Of a stretch of 64,000 nt of DNA, positions 50,901-63,849 are shown in pieces; position 1 is the stretch's first letter; each line of letters opens with the position of its first letter. The notes under the pieces were generated by a model that did not search any database, was not told the DNA's origin, and saw only the letters and a program-made list of their open reading frames with translations. Position numbers and translations under genes: made by a program. This DNA is from Callorhinchus milii (taxonomy: Eukaryota). The stretch covers positions 7,936,001 to 8,000,000 of the forward strand of contig NW_024704749.1 of assembly GCF_018977255.1 (NCBI RefSeq), in the 5' to 3' direction.

Positions 50901-53900
50901 GAGCTCACTCTCCGCTGCGGAGAGTTGCGGATTAACACTAAAACACACAGTCACTACACTCCACTTTACAGATTATTCTGTGAAGTGCTTTCAGTCATGA
51001 TAAGCCGCTGTATCAAATGCAAGGAGTGAAGTATTTTTCAATATGGTCAAAGGGTCATGCCAAATTGTGCATTGGGCTAAAAGCCCCTGCGGTAATTGCT
51101 GTTCAGACTTAATTATTACCACTGAAAAGGATTATTATAATTATTACTAACCTCTGCCCATCAGGCTGGGCACTACTCCCTTTTAAGGGCTGGGAAACGG
51201 GAGAGATATTGTGTGGATGGCGTGTCATCTATCCCCTGTTTCCTTCTCCCCCCACCCCTCGCGGCATAACTACTCCTTTCCCATTGCTTAAAGCACCTTC
51301 CTTGTGCCGTAAGCAGGCGAGGGCAGGAAGGAAGAGTGTGTTCAGTCGGGCAGGGTTTTTCTCTTGAGTTAAGCTGTTTTGGCTGGCAAGATCCATTCTA
51401 TGATCTACTCTCTCTTTCTCCCCCTCCCTCCCTCCCTCCCTTTTTAAGTACAAGTAAACACTCCGAGTCAGACACTACGAGGCAAGGTAGGGACGGGAGG
51501 AGCCAGATTGAGGGGCACGAGTATAGGAAGTGGAGGACGGAGGCAGCCAGAGAGCAGAGAAAGGATAGTTTCAGCAGCACAGTGAGGCACAAGGATGACC
51601 TGGCAAAGGCCATGCAGCCAAAACAGAACCAGGAGTTTGAGCTGAGCGTGAATCCGAGCAGAGAGCAGGCTGTGAGTGAGGCCGCCAGTGCTAACTGCGG
51701 TAGGCGCTACAGCTCAGAGGTGAGGAGTTCTCACAGCCCATCGCACAAGGAGTACGATCACAGCAGCCCTGTGTTCACCAGCTACACCCCGCAGACCATC
51801 GCCAGCGACTACGTGAAGAACCTCACAAAGTATGTGCTGTCGAAGCAGACCCCCAGATTGCCTGACAGTGGGTCCCCCCAGGCGCGGGAGGAGAGTGGGC
51901 TGGGGAGCAGGAGGTGGAGGAGCGAGGGGCTGCCGGAGGGCAAAGGGGCGGAGCCCGCGGAGCCCGCGAGGGGCGGAGCTTACCCCAACCCCGAGCACCA
52001 CACCACCGGCTGCGGAGGCTGCCGCTGCTCCGCTCGGCAGCCCTCCACCCCCACCATCTCTGCCTCGGCCTGGGAGCCCCCCAAACTCCTGGAGAGGTAC
52101 GGCGGGGCCGAGGTGGGCGAGCGCGGAGCCGGGGAGGAGGGGCCCCGATTCCCGGTCAAGAAGAGCGAGGTCGCCCAGGGGTCCCCCAAGTCAGACCCCG
52201 AGTGGATGAGCATTTATCAGCCCAACGTGGACATGAAGGACCTGTGGTGGCTGTACCTGAACGATGGCTCAGGCCTCCCACCCGAGTTAGACAATCCTAA
52301 ATGCGCCCGTAAAAAAAGGTGAGTTAGCGACAACGTTCCAGGTCAGGCAGGTGAGCAAACGGTGCAGAGTTTTGGGGGAGATTTTCTCGTCTTGGTGGAA
52401 GCCGGCAAACGAGATGTGATAAAGGAGTAGGGAGAGAGGAAAAAAGGAGAGAGAGTGAGGACCAGAGGAAAAAAGGAGTGAGAGGGAGGGAGGCAGGGAG
52501 AGGAAAAAAAATGAAAGGGAGAGAGGGGAGAGTTTATTTTAAAACATGGAGAGGGTTGTTAGGACGTGGAAAGTCTCGCAAGTCACAGCTTGGTGACCAC
52601 GTTAGAGAGGGAAGTGTGCAAATGCTTGAGGCGTAACATTGACTGGGATGGGCGATGGGTGGGGAGTCTGACGTCTCTCTTGTGTGTCGTGGTGGTGGTG
52701 GTGGTGTGGTGGGTTTTGTTGACCACATGCCCTTTGTTGTCGGCAGCGAGGAGAAGCTGGAGATGGACATGTTGGGCCTGGAATCGCCAACGGCCGCCCA
52801 CAACAACCCCTTGCGAGATAGGTCGAGGAGGAAGGGCAGTTACCAGGATGACCTGACGGCCAATAGCATCCCGGCCTCGCCGGGCAAGCTGCCCAGTGCC
52901 GAGGACAGCGGGCTGGGGTCCGCATCCAACAACAGTGTGAGTCGTCGCCTCACGCTTGGGGGCGAGTGGATGGTTGAGGGGATCTTAGGGGTTAAAAGGC
53001 AGCGAGCGCTGGGAATCCATAGTGCAGCCGAGGGCAATGTTGATGAACCCGTTTTCCCCGTGTCGCCTTTAAGGTTTGACGAAGAGTTAAGTCGGACACA
53101 GTCACCCTGATCACATCCCCACAGGGTTTGGGTTTAACACGTTCTACTATAGTCCAAGGGCGCAATCCGTCATCCACCGTCCCGCCTGGCGAAGCTGGGG
53201 GTTGGGATCCGGAGGGGTGGAGGGCAGGGAGGGTGGTAGTAAGAGGGTGACCAAAGGCACTGTCGAAGAGGAAGGTCTTGAGAAGGCCTTGAAGGAGGCG
53301 AAGGAAGGGGTGAGGCGGAGGGGGCTCCAGGATGGAGTTTCGAAAGGGTATGGGCAGAGAGGCTGAAGCTCCGACTGCTGGTGAAGGGAAAATAACTTAA
53401 TTAATAATTAAAACCTCTATTAAGAGTGAGGGACCTCGGATTCACCCTGTATTGTAAAACCTAAAAAATCAGTTTTTGTGCCCTCCGCTCCACCATCGGT
53501 GGTCACGCTTTCAGCCACTATGGCCCGAAACACTGGAACACTCGTCCTCTATCCGTCCGCCTTTCCCCCTCCTTCCCCACCTTCAGGTCATGCCGAAGTC
53601 CTTCCTCTTTGACAATACTTACAGTCACCTTCCCTCGGCTCGGCTTCGTGCTCCAACACTGTCAAGCACTGTGGGACGCTACGCTGCATGTACAAGTTGT
53701 CTGTTGTTTTCCTGTTGTAACACCTTTTCACGCCTGCCGCAGACTTGCCGAGATGACTGTTCCCCGACGAGCAAGCTGCAGCGGCTGCTGGCAGAGTCCC
53801 GGCAGATGGTGGCAAACCTGGAGCGCAGCACCCAGCTTCCCCCTGGCCTGTCCTGCCCCAGCGTCGGCAACAATACCAGGGTGAGTGAGCCCTGTCCAGC

Positions 53901-55230
53901 ACAGCCTCCCGTATCCACCGCAACCTTATCATAATCCTTGACAATAGCAACTTATTGCGTCATTTGATATAGCGCCTTATCACATCGTTGAGACGTCTCA
54001 AAGCGCTTCGCAGTTTACACCGTGAAGCAGATTGATTGTGTGTTTTGTGAGCGAAAAGCGGCAGTCAGCTGCGTTCAGCAATGTCCCACAAACAGTCGGA
54101 AGTGAGTGACCGATTTTATTTGGGGGATTGTCGGCCAGGACACCGGGGGAGTGAGATAGAAACTCCCTTCTGTTTTCGAGTAGGGCCGCAGGATTTTCAA
54201 CATCCACCCGAACAGGCAGACGGAACCTCGGTTTAACGTCTCATCCGAAGGACGACGCCACCAAAAATGCACCGAAGCGTCAGCTCAGACTATGTAACGG
54301 GAGGGGAGTCTCTTCTGTAATAGGCTGGTTGTGTTATGTACCGCAGTCGCTTTGAAGCTACATTGACCTGATTTCTCTTTGCCTCGCGACGCTTCCTAAG
54401 TGGAAATCTGGGTAAATCTTTGTAAGCCGCTCTCACTGTGACTTGATGTAATCTGCTTTAGGGAGATTTGAATTTGGTCATGTTTTATATAAGCGGGGGA
54501 GGAAAGGGAAGTACTCAAGGCCACTGACTTCTCTGTGGTTTTCCAATCGCTGCGGATCCTTCTGATGAGACGCTAAACCGAGGTCCCATCTGTCTGCGTG
54601 TCCTTCTGGTTAAAGATGCGAGTGGAAGAGAGAGAGAGGAGTTTCTACCGGTGCCCTGAGCAACAATCAACCAGGCTAATCGATCATTCATTAACTTCAA
54701 CGCTGTGTGTGTGTGTGTGTGTGTGTGTCAGTGTGTGGTGGGGGGGATTTGCGGGAGAAGTCTTTGCACACGTTCGTTGCCTCGGTTGCCTACATAACAC
54801 GCCGTCACTGGCAAATCAAACGCAGGGCATTTGTTTGATTGTATAATGTGCGATTTCTGGAATAGGGTTATGTAAGCTTTTGCTAAGTTGTGCTCACTCG
54901 GATGATGTCGCCTTCAAAGCCCTCGACGGCCTTGCTCCATCCTACCTCTGCGACTTGTTAATTCCACTTTGCCTGTCTGCTCCCTCCGCTCAGCAGTTTC
55001 CTGACTCCCTCCCCCTGACTCGCCTCACCTTGCTCCCTCCCTTACCTCCTGCAACGCACGTCTCAAGACACTCTCCGGTCACCCTCCTACCCCTGCCCTC
55101 CTGATCCCAACCCCCATCTTAGATGCTAATCCCTGACTGTCCCGCACCTTGGGATGTCCTCCCGACATGAAAGGCGCTGTGTTTAAATGTAATTTGTTCT
55201 TGTTGTTTTCAGGAGGGTAGCTCACACTAA
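44993..55230 (+). CDS. CCDC62: Coiled-coil domain-containing protein 62
   Basis: Exons 44993-45068 and 45916-45956 (5' exons, less certain), 46975-47167, 47853-48019, 48599-48700, 49028-49199, 49649-49750, 49980-50068, 50628-50728, 51449-52318, 52747-52936, 53743-53880, 55213-55230 (last exon tentative); phases are consistent. STIQKQRNELQLLVMELKDRDRELNEMV, ELSAQVGQLQAREQ, EREKRKDQLLELAKSKQER, SDPEWMSIY and DDCSPTSKLQRLLAESRQMV match CCDC62. The start may instead be the ATG at 44240. Confidence 0.9.
45325..45682 (+). mobile_element. CR1-type LINE 3' fragment
   Basis: gatagagtaaataaggagaaactgttt...tggaacgcactacctgaaagggtgctggaagcag...atgggccgaatggcctccttctgtg...attctatgat. Related pieces at 5740-5885 (+) and 48045-48300 (-). 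Confidence 0.8.
54130..54262 (-). mobile_element. Deu-domain SINE remnant (SacSINE/AmnSINE-like core)
   Basis: Reverse complement reads gtccttcggatgagacgttaaaccgaggttccgtctgcctgttcgggtggatgttgaaaatcc..., close to the remembered Deu core. Plus-strand relatives near 54550-54690, 45255-45325 and 20472-20555; minus-strand relatives in the HCAR 3' flanks (22390-22470, 28308-28387, 35147-35225). Confidence 0.65.
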
Positions 55231-57839
55231 TACAGAAGAAAGTCCACACAACACAAAGGAAGAAATAAATTATACAGTTGAGCAAACACCTGGGCGGGTT
55301 GTACTTTTCCTTGACTGGGCCAAAGTAAGTTAACAAACAGACGAGATCCTGTGAGATAACCATGAGCTGGGGAACAAGAGTGAAGCCTGGTTTGGTGATA
55401 AATAAATGTAATATTTAACAATGGACCGTCTTGTGAGAGATATCACGCTTCAGGATGAAGATATGTACGTTGCTAATAAATACATGGAAACAGGCGGCTG
55501 TTGTCTCCATTCGTGTCTGTAATGGAGTCCTTTTCCCCGGGCCTCTGTTCTGTTGAACGTCAGTCACCAGGTTGATTATAGTGGAACTAGACTTGTTGAG
55601 TACCTCGATGTGGTAGTGTTTCGGACAGCCCGGCAGAGCTGCTGTTTTTTTACCCACCGTGTCCTGGCAGCTGTCACGATGTTTCTCTCTCTCCTGCACT
55701 GAACCTTTGGTCCTGGCAGATGGGTAAGCGATGTATGTATATCTGCTGCTGGAAGAGATAACTGATGACGTATGACTGATCTTTCACAGTTCGAAGGGGG
55801 CCTGGATCTTGTTTTTTTTAATAGAAATATATTTCTGGGGACGTCCCAGGGCCTTGGGACATCTTCCCGACGTGAAAGGCACTGTACAAATGTAATTTTG
55901 TATTGTAATTTTGACAGACAGCAGTCTGAACCTAGAGAAGAAGGGCTAGACTTCAGAGTGCTTAATGCTAGCAATAACTTGGTGACTGGTTAATGGAGAT
56001 GGTTTCTGGCAGGAAGCGAGCAGATGGATTGAAACCGCGCTGCCGTTTCAGAGCAGTCTGCTGTGCAGGTAACCCCAATCAATGGTGGAGCGTGAGTGTT
56101 AAAAATAGGGACCCTCAGTATCACACTGTGTCGTGGTGCCCAGGGCTTTAACATTCGAAACCGATACAGCAATTGCGAGCGTACTTCATTTGATGTTTTT
56201 CCTATTTTATATTTAATATGACTGTTATAAAAGCATTGATTGATCAGGGACATGGAAATGGAAACTCGAGTCGAAATAACATGTTGTCGAGAACAGTTTT
56301 CTTTATTTCCTTTAAATCCTTATGATATATTTTTCCACTACAGCTCTTAAAACAAAACGATTTATTTCTACCTGTCGCGGCCGGTCGCTTGTTCAGAAGC
56401 GAAACGGGGGCATTAATTTGTCTGTGAAGCACTGTGTAAAAACAAATTGTAACCTTTGTACTAATGCAATGTCAAACTTTTATTTTTAGCTACACAACAC
56501 ACATAAAAGTGTATTTTTTAAAACCTCCTCAAAACTCTGTGTAAGAGCTTACTTTACGATTTGTGAAGACTAAGGGTGGGCTCCCACAAGGTTACAGTTT
56601 CAGAGGATTTCACGTGTTTGGTTTTCTGGGGCAACTGCTGTTTTGCAGCAACAAATAAAGCTCCTTTCATGTCCCAAGGCGCTGGACAGTCAAGGATTTG
56701 GACCAGAGATGGCAGTTGGGAGGGATGGAGGAGGTCAGGGAGAGTGGGGATAAGAGGATGACCGAAGGCGCGGTCGTAGAGGAGCGTCTTGAAATGGGCC
56801 TTGGAAGGGGCGAGGCAGAGGGACTGTGGGATGGAGTTCCAAAGGGTGCGGGCAGAGAGGCTGAAGGCCCGATCGCCGATGGTGGGGCGGGTCAGTGCTC
56901 GCTGAGCGGACGGAGAGGATGGGTCGATGTGGAGAACCAAAGCTGTGATTTCAATAATTTGCCAAATCCTGGGCGGCCCGAAACACTCCAGACATAAGCG
57001 TAGATCTAAAAACGGTAAAATTACTCAGGATAAAATGATTGAGGGGCTTTCTGCATCCAAAAGACTCATGTGGGACAGGAGCTAAGTGTGTTTTCACCTG
57101 TCCCGCGCCCTCACAACCGCAGAAACCTTCCCGTCTTTCCGATGTCTGTTTTCGTGAGGATGTTGCGCGCAATTTCTTTGCTCGCTCACTTTCATCTGAC
57201 TCCACCTCACGCCATCCTGTCACTGCAATCATGGAATGCAAGGAATCTCAAGGTTGTCAAAGCCCATCATGCGTGTTTAAATGCGAGTGAGTGAGTGAGT
57301 GAGTGTGAGTGAGTGAGTGAGTGAGTGAGTGAGTGAGTGAGCGAGCGAGCGAGCCTGGGGGTTGGGGGATGTGTGTGACCGTGAGCGCGGTTGAAGAGGA
57401 AGACCTTCTGGCGTGACCGGAAGGTGGCGGGAGGGTTTGAGGGAGAGCGCTCCAGAATTTCGGGGCGTCGCGGCCGAAAGTGCGGCCGCCGACGGTGGAA
57501 AGGAGGGCACGAGCGACGAGCAAGGAGGCTGGAGCCAGTCGAGCGGAGGCGACGGTGGCTGGCGATCGGGGTGGCGGGTGGGGTGTGTAGGCAGGCGGGA
57601 GAGGTAGGGAAAGTGCCGGGGAATTAAGAGACTTGGAAGCGGAGTGGTGGTGAGGATCAAAGACGACACACGCCCCCGAAAAGGGCTGTGAGACGTCTCG
57701 ACGACGGGATCGGGGCAGCGTATCGAAGTGCAGGCATCGGCGCTCCCGTCTTCACTGCGGTTGACCATTGACCCTCTGATCCTCACTGACTCTCAGCTCT
57801 GAGCTCCAGTCTCCAATTGACCTAAATGAATAAATATAC

Positions 57840-57870
<31 letters not shown>

Positions 57871-58274
57871 TAAATCTACAAATGTAATGTGATGTTTTTG
57901 CTGTGGTGAAATCCTTGGCCAAGTAAACCAATGCACAGAGAGGAACACAGGGACTGCTCTGATCCTCTTGTGTGGCTCTCTGTGGGTTTGACTACCTCTC
58001 TCTCTCTCTCTCCCATTTTCTCTCTCTCTCTCTCTCCTATTTCCTACTTCCTACCCTTTCCTGTGATGCAAACAGCAGCATTGGGGGAGCGCTGCTGAGT
58101 CGGAGAGACAGTCACTGGTGTGGAAGGAGAGAGAAGGGAAAAGGGAGAGTGGAGCTCTGGTGTGGATCTGCACAGTCCCCTTCCTCAGGGAACCACTCTC
58201 TCTCTCTCTCATCTCATCTCTCTCCCTCTCTCACTCACTCACACACACAGACACTCACTCACACACTCAGACAC

Positions 58275-58606
58275 NNNNNNNNNNNNNNNNNNNNNNNNNN
58301 NNNNNNNNNNNNNNNNNNNNNNNNNNNNNNNNNNNNNNNNNNNNNNNNNNNNNNNNNNNNNNNNNNNNNNNNNNNNNNNNNNNNNNNNNNNNNNNNNNNN
58401 NNNNNNNNNNNNNNNNNNNNNNNNNNNNNNNNNNNNNNNNNNNNNNNNNNNNNNNNNNNNNNNNNNNNNNNNNNNNNNNNNNNNNNNNNNNNNNNNNNNN
58501 NNNNNNNNNNNNNNNNNNNNNNNNNNNNNNNNNNNNNNNNNNNNNNNNNNNNNNNNNNNNNNNNNNNNNNNNNNNNNNNNNNNNNNNNNNNNNNNNNNNN
58601 NNNNNN
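58275..58606. other. Assembly gap (332 N) in the HIP1R 5' region
   Basis: Run of N; the homopolymer-rich stretch at 58725-58960 looks low quality. Confidence 0.99.
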
Positions 58607-58620
58607 CCTTTAAATCAGCC

Positions 58621-58713
58621 ATGAACACCATCAGACAGGTACCAGCAAAGGTGCTCAACAGACGCTCTGGACACAGCCTGGAAGCAGAGAGAGAGCAGTT
58701 TGACAGACAGCAG
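58621..58713 (+). CDS. HIP1R: Huntingtin-interacting protein 1-related, coding exon 1 (gene continues beyond window)
   Basis: gccATG start; MNTIRQVPAKVLNRRSGHSLEAEREQFDRQQ followed by a GTAAGA donor, matching the human HIP1R N-terminus (MNSIKNVPARVLSRRPGHSLEAEREQFDKTQ); syntenic. Confidence 0.93.
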
Positions 58714-59817
58714 GTAAGACAGCAACCCCCCCCCCCCCCCACACCCCCAAAAAAAACCTACCCCCCCCCTCCAAAAAAAAACCTTCCCCCCCCCCTCCCA
58801 ACCAAAAAAAAACCATTCCCCCCCTTCCAAAGAAAATACCATTACCTCCTCCCCCCACACAAAAATACCTTTACCTCTTGGGTGTCCCCCCCACCCCAAA
58901 AAAAAAACTTCCACCCCCCCCCCCCCCACCCATCCCCCCCCAAAAATATCTTTTTTTTAATGGGAAAATAAATTGCAATTGCAGCCTTGTCCTTTTTTTT
59001 TGAACAAAATATTTATATCCGCAGTGTTGGACTGACTGGGAAGGCTGAGCTGCTTTTATTTGTTGATGTATTTTTCCGATTGAAGGTGTTTCTTCCTTTG
59101 CTTTTTTTAAAAAAAATGGTTCAAGATGAGACCGAGGTGGCGATGGGATTGCGAGACTGGTTTAAATGCTAACCCCCCCCCCCCCCCACACTCCTCCCTC
59201 CCTCCCTCTCCCCACCCCAATGGACGGAAAAGACCCCCCACCCCCGCCCCGCCCCCGCCACCCCACCTACAGGGAAATCCATCCAGTGATCCGCAAGAAA
59301 AAGAAGGAATTTTCTCAGTCTTTGGGACGTCCTCGGGACGCGAAAGATTCTATGAAGCCCAAGTTGTTGTTGTTGTTGTTGTTGTTGTTGTAACGTGGCA
59401 TCAAATTCCTGCTCTGTTGATATTAGGTGTGTGTATCGAGTGGGGGAGGGGGCAAAGATCATCCGGCCGGCCACACTGTCCTTGTGTGTGTGTGTGTGTG
59501 TGCGTGTGGGGGTGGGGGGGGGGGGGGGGGGGGGGGGGGGCGGTGTAGGTGGGGAAAGATAAGCGGCTTTTGAGAAGTCTTTGGTGTGTTACCCTTAAAC
59601 GAGAATCAAAGGCTGAGAGATGTACTCCAGGTCTCCCCGACCCAATGTCAAGCCAATTCCTGAGCCACATCAGGGCAGGAAGAGCGCCCACACGCACACG
59701 CACACGCACACGCACCGAGAACAGGTCTACAGTAAACAGTGCTTTGCTCTCCTCACGGCCTTTCACAGCCACGGTCTTGTTTTTTGTCAAAACTTGTTCG
59801 TTATCTTATGTATAGGA

Positions 59818-60125
59818 GGTGTGCGTGTGTTGTGTGCTGTGTCTGCGTGTGTTGTGTGCTGTGTCTGCGTGTGTTGTGTGCTGTGTCTGCGTGTGCTGTG
59901 TCTGCGTGTGTTGTGTGCTGTGCCTGCGTGTGTTGTGTCTGTGTGTGTTGTGTGTTGTGTCTGCGTGTGTTGTGTCTGCGTGTGTTGTGTCTGCGTGTGA
60001 TGTGTGCTGCGTCTGCGTGTGTTGTGTCTGCGTGTGTTGTGTGCTGCGTCTGCGTGTGCTGCGTCTGCGTGTGTTGTGTGCTGCGTCTGCGTGTGTTGTG
60101 CGCTGCGTCTGCGTGTGTCGTGTCT
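59818..60125. repeat. GT-rich minisatellite (TGTGTCTGCGTGTGTTGTGTGC-like units)
   Basis: Visible tandem array in HIP1R intron 1. Confidence 0.9.
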
Positions 60126-61789
60126 GGTGTGTTGTGTGCGTGCGTGCGCGCGCGCGTTATGTGTACGTGCGCGCACGGCGGCAAGAGATTCCACCTGCCC
60201 TGGATTTACATTTGTGCGTGTCCTTGCGTGTGTATCTGTGTGTGTTCGCGTGTGGGTGTGCGTGTCTGTGCGGGTGTGAGACGGGGGAAGAAATTCCACC
60301 CGACTCTAGATTTACAGTGATGTTCTGGAGAATTCCAGAATTCATCAAATTCAAACCACCAGCCCCGACCTTATTGAATGACGGGGCAGACTCCAGGGGC
60401 TGAATGGCCTTCTCCTGCTCCTAATTCCGATGTTCCTATGTTCCTAATTTTCCAAGCAGTTCCCACCCCCCACAAGACTATCCCCCCCCTCCCCACTCCC
60501 CTCCGCACCGCAGCTCCACGTTCAACACCTTGACCCTAAATAAACAACAAAGAGTTTCACTCCTGTTCGTGGGTTGACCTGAGAATTGCCTCTCAAGTCG
60601 CACTCTCTCTCCGCCGCCCCCACCCCCTCCGCCCCCCCCCACCCCCCCTCCGCCCCCCCCCCCCCCCCCCCCCCTCCGCCCCCCCCACCCCTCTCTATCT
60701 CCCTGATGCCCTCCAGTGCGTTAACCCACAGATAGTGAACCAGCGCTGTGGCCCTGGTCTGTGTTTAGCAGCGAGGGGGTGTGTGACACACGTTCCCACC
60801 CCCCCCCCCCCCCCCCACCCACCCACCCACCATTCTTCTGGGTGTTTGTGGTCTGTTTATCGTGCAGTCTCTCCTCTCCATGTTCACTGCATGTCTCTCT
60901 TTCTCCCCCCACCCAACACCATCATCATCCCCCCCGCCCCCCCACTGCCGTTTGTGGGACGCTGCTGTACGCAATCGGCTGCCGCATTTCACCCACGAAA
61001 ATACACGGTCACTCCACTTTACAGTGCACCCTGTGAAGCGCTTTGAGACGTCTCGACGACGTGATAAGGCACTGAATCAAATGCAAGGATCATTACTATT
61101 ATGTCCCAGTCCTCCTCGCCCTGACCTCCTCACATTCCCGAGCTAATGAGGAGACGGTGGCTGGCGAAGAGGTGTAACCGGGTGCCGAGAGGAATGCAGA
61201 CACACACACACACGCACACGCACACGCACAAGGAAGTGAATGAAGCTACAGAGCCTTGCCGACATGTTTGTGTGGCCGAGGATGGTGGGTGCGAGGTCTT
61301 GGCCCTGGGGAGGGGCGGGTGGGACTGTCGTCGGTCAGCCTGTGGCTTTGACACCCGCACCGAGTCGCTCTCGGCTGGAACACGCGGCGTTCCCTTCTTC
61401 GTCATAATAATGAATAATAATAATGATAAATGTTGCATTTTGGGGGCCTTTTCTCATGCCGTTGAGAATTGGAATTAATGACCCAAAGGCAGGCGACAGT
61501 GAAGGTTGATCGTGAGGCCGAACTGGTTTGTGTGTGTCTCCCTTGTCCCGTTCCCCTGCCCTCCCCACCCCTCACCCCCGGGGTTGGCAGCTCGGGAGAA
61601 GTATGACCAAACCCGTGCGAAAGGCAAACCTGCGACCGAGCTGTGAGGCCGGTCGACAATTTAGGGACAAACGGACGGCCTGGGAATGTCAGCGTCTCGG
61701 GTTACCCGCTCAGTAACGACTATATTCAGAACCAAAGTTAAAATAACCTCCAGCCACTTCTCACAAAATGCTCCCAACCCTGTGCAGCG

Positions 61790-62265
61790 CGTGTGTGTGT
61801 GTGTGTGTGAGTGAGTGAGTGAGTGAGTGAGTGAGTGAGAGCGGTGCTGTGTGTGTGCGCTCTGTAATGTAGTGTGTGTGTGTGTGTGAGTGAGAGCGGT
61901 GCTGTATGTGTGTGTCTCTGTAATGTAGTGTGTGTGTGTGTGAGTGAGAGCGGTGCTGTGTGTGTGTCTGTAATGTGTGTGTGAGTGAGAGCGGTGCTGT
62001 GTGCGTCTCTGTAATGTAGTGTGTGTGTGTGAGTGAGAGCGGTGCTGTGTGTGTCTCTGTAATGTAGTGTGTGAGTGAGTGAGAGCGGTGCTGTGTGTGT
62101 CTCTGTAATGTAGTGTGTGTGTGTGAGTGAGTGCGGTGCTGTGTGTGTCTCTGTAATGTGTGTGTGTGTGTGAGTGAGTGAGAGCGGTGCTGTGTGTGTC
62201 TCTGTAATGTAGTGTGTGTGTGTGAGTGAGTGAGTGAGAGCGGTGCTGTGTGTGTGCGCTCTGTG
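61790..62265. repeat. Compound minisatellite, about 40-50-bp units (GAGTGAGAGCGGTGCTGTGTGTGTCTCTGTAATGTAGTGTG...)
   Basis: About ten visible units with variable (TG)n lengths. Confidence 0.9.
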
Positions 62266-62807
62266 ATTCAATCCCACATCCACCACAAACAGGACTTTGT
62301 ACGGATGTGGCTCGTTGTTCCGGGCTACTGATTGAGAGGAAAGTGAGAGCTGCCACTGCCGTGTCTGCCCTCAGCACAAACCCCGGGGATCAGTCTCTCC
62401 CCACCATTATCAGAGCCACTCACTCCCGTCTGCCCTTTACTGGGGGCTCAGGGGAAACCACCGCCAACGTGGGGGGGGGGGGGGGGGTTGTTGTGGGTGG
62501 TGGGGGGGGGGCAGGCAGACAGACTGCTGCTATGGAGATCTGGCACGATGCCCCTCGCCTGCGATGGGCACAGTGTGAGTGGGTTACAGAGGAATGCCAG
62601 CTGGTGGGAAAGTCACAATGACTCATTGTCCATCAGGGTCCAGGTCCCTTGTCCTTATGCATCTGTGTGTATGTGTGTGTGCGTCTGTGTGTGTACACAT
62701 ATCTCTGTGCCTCTGTTTGTGTCCACGTGCATGTGTATTTGTGGGTGTATATCTGTTTGTGTACGTCTGTGTGAATGTGTGTGGACACAGCGACTAATTA
62801 TCGGCTG

Positions 62808-63070
62808 CAAAACGCAAAATACTACAGATGCAGGAAATCTGAAACAAAAACAGAAGTCGCTGGGAACACTCGCTCAGCAGGTCAGGCAGCATCTATGGAG
62901 AAAGGAAAGTGAGTCAAGGTTTCGGGTCCACGGCCCCTCGTCAGAACTGGGGCATGTTGGGAGGGAGAGGGTTTCAAGGGCGAACGGAGAGGGGTGGGGG
63001 GAAAGGCAGAGCAAGGAAGACAAAGGAGAAAATGGGGTAGAGGACAAGGGAGGATGGGTTAAAGAGGTGT
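62808..63070 (-). mobile_element. Penelope-like element terminal fragment with decayed hammerhead core
   Basis: aaatactacagatgcaggaaatctgaaacaaaaacagaa...cagcaggtcaggcagcatctatggag...gtttcgggtcc..ggcccctcgtcagaact resembles the common chondrichthyan Penelope-type terminal repeat; the minus strand has CTGACGA-stem-GAAA. Confidence 0.6.
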
Positions 63071-63849
63071 GAACGATGCAAAGCAAAGCAAAACCGCGTT
63101 CACTCACAAACACGCGGTCCCTCCAATTTGCGGTAAATCCTGTGAGCGTTTTGAGAGGTCCTCCCGCCATGAAACAACAACAACAACAAGATAAAGGCGC
63201 CGTGTCAAATGATTGCATCAATTAATGATGATGATGATGATGATTATTTTATAGTTATTGTGTGAAGTCCTTCAAACCGGCTCTGGGATTAATTGCCTCT
63301 GTTCGGCTGCACCTGAAACCTGAACGCGTTCAAGGCTGAGACTCGGTGGAATTTTGGCCCTCCCGATTCCATTCATCTTTTCGCTGGGGGAGGGCCAGAC
63401 CGGTTTAACAGCAATTTTCAGTTTATAATGATTAGCACATCGCACAGATTTTTCTTCCTAGGTGTGAGCAAAGGTGTCCTTGTTTCACTTTGAGCTTTCC
63501 TCTTATGCTCTCGCTCGCTCGCTCGCTCGCTCTCAGTTTGACTCTCACACACACACACACACACACACTTTCGTTCTGTCACTCTCGATCACACACTTAC
63601 TCTCACTTTCTCTCTCACACCCGCACAGGCTGCCAGCATCAGCAAAGCTATAAATGGGCAGGAGGTACCTGTGAAGGAAAAACACGCCCGCAGTATCCTT
63701 CAACAGCCAACCCTCCTCCCTCTGGTGTTTTGTGTTCGGTTTCGTGGTGTGTGCGTGCGTGTGCGTTCAGGGATTATGGGTGTGACATTGAACTGCTCGT
63801 GACGTCTGGTGACCTTTGTGATAAGGATTGACTACAGAATGTGTGAGAG

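Noticed and set aside
58725-58960. Pro/Lys-rich extension of the HIP1R ORF
   Set aside because: It lies after the GTAAGA donor in homopolymer-rich, low-quality sequence beside the gap.
59620-62377. Cys/Val- and His/Thr-rich ORFs in HIP1R intron 1
   Set aside because: Translations of GT/CA minisatellites.
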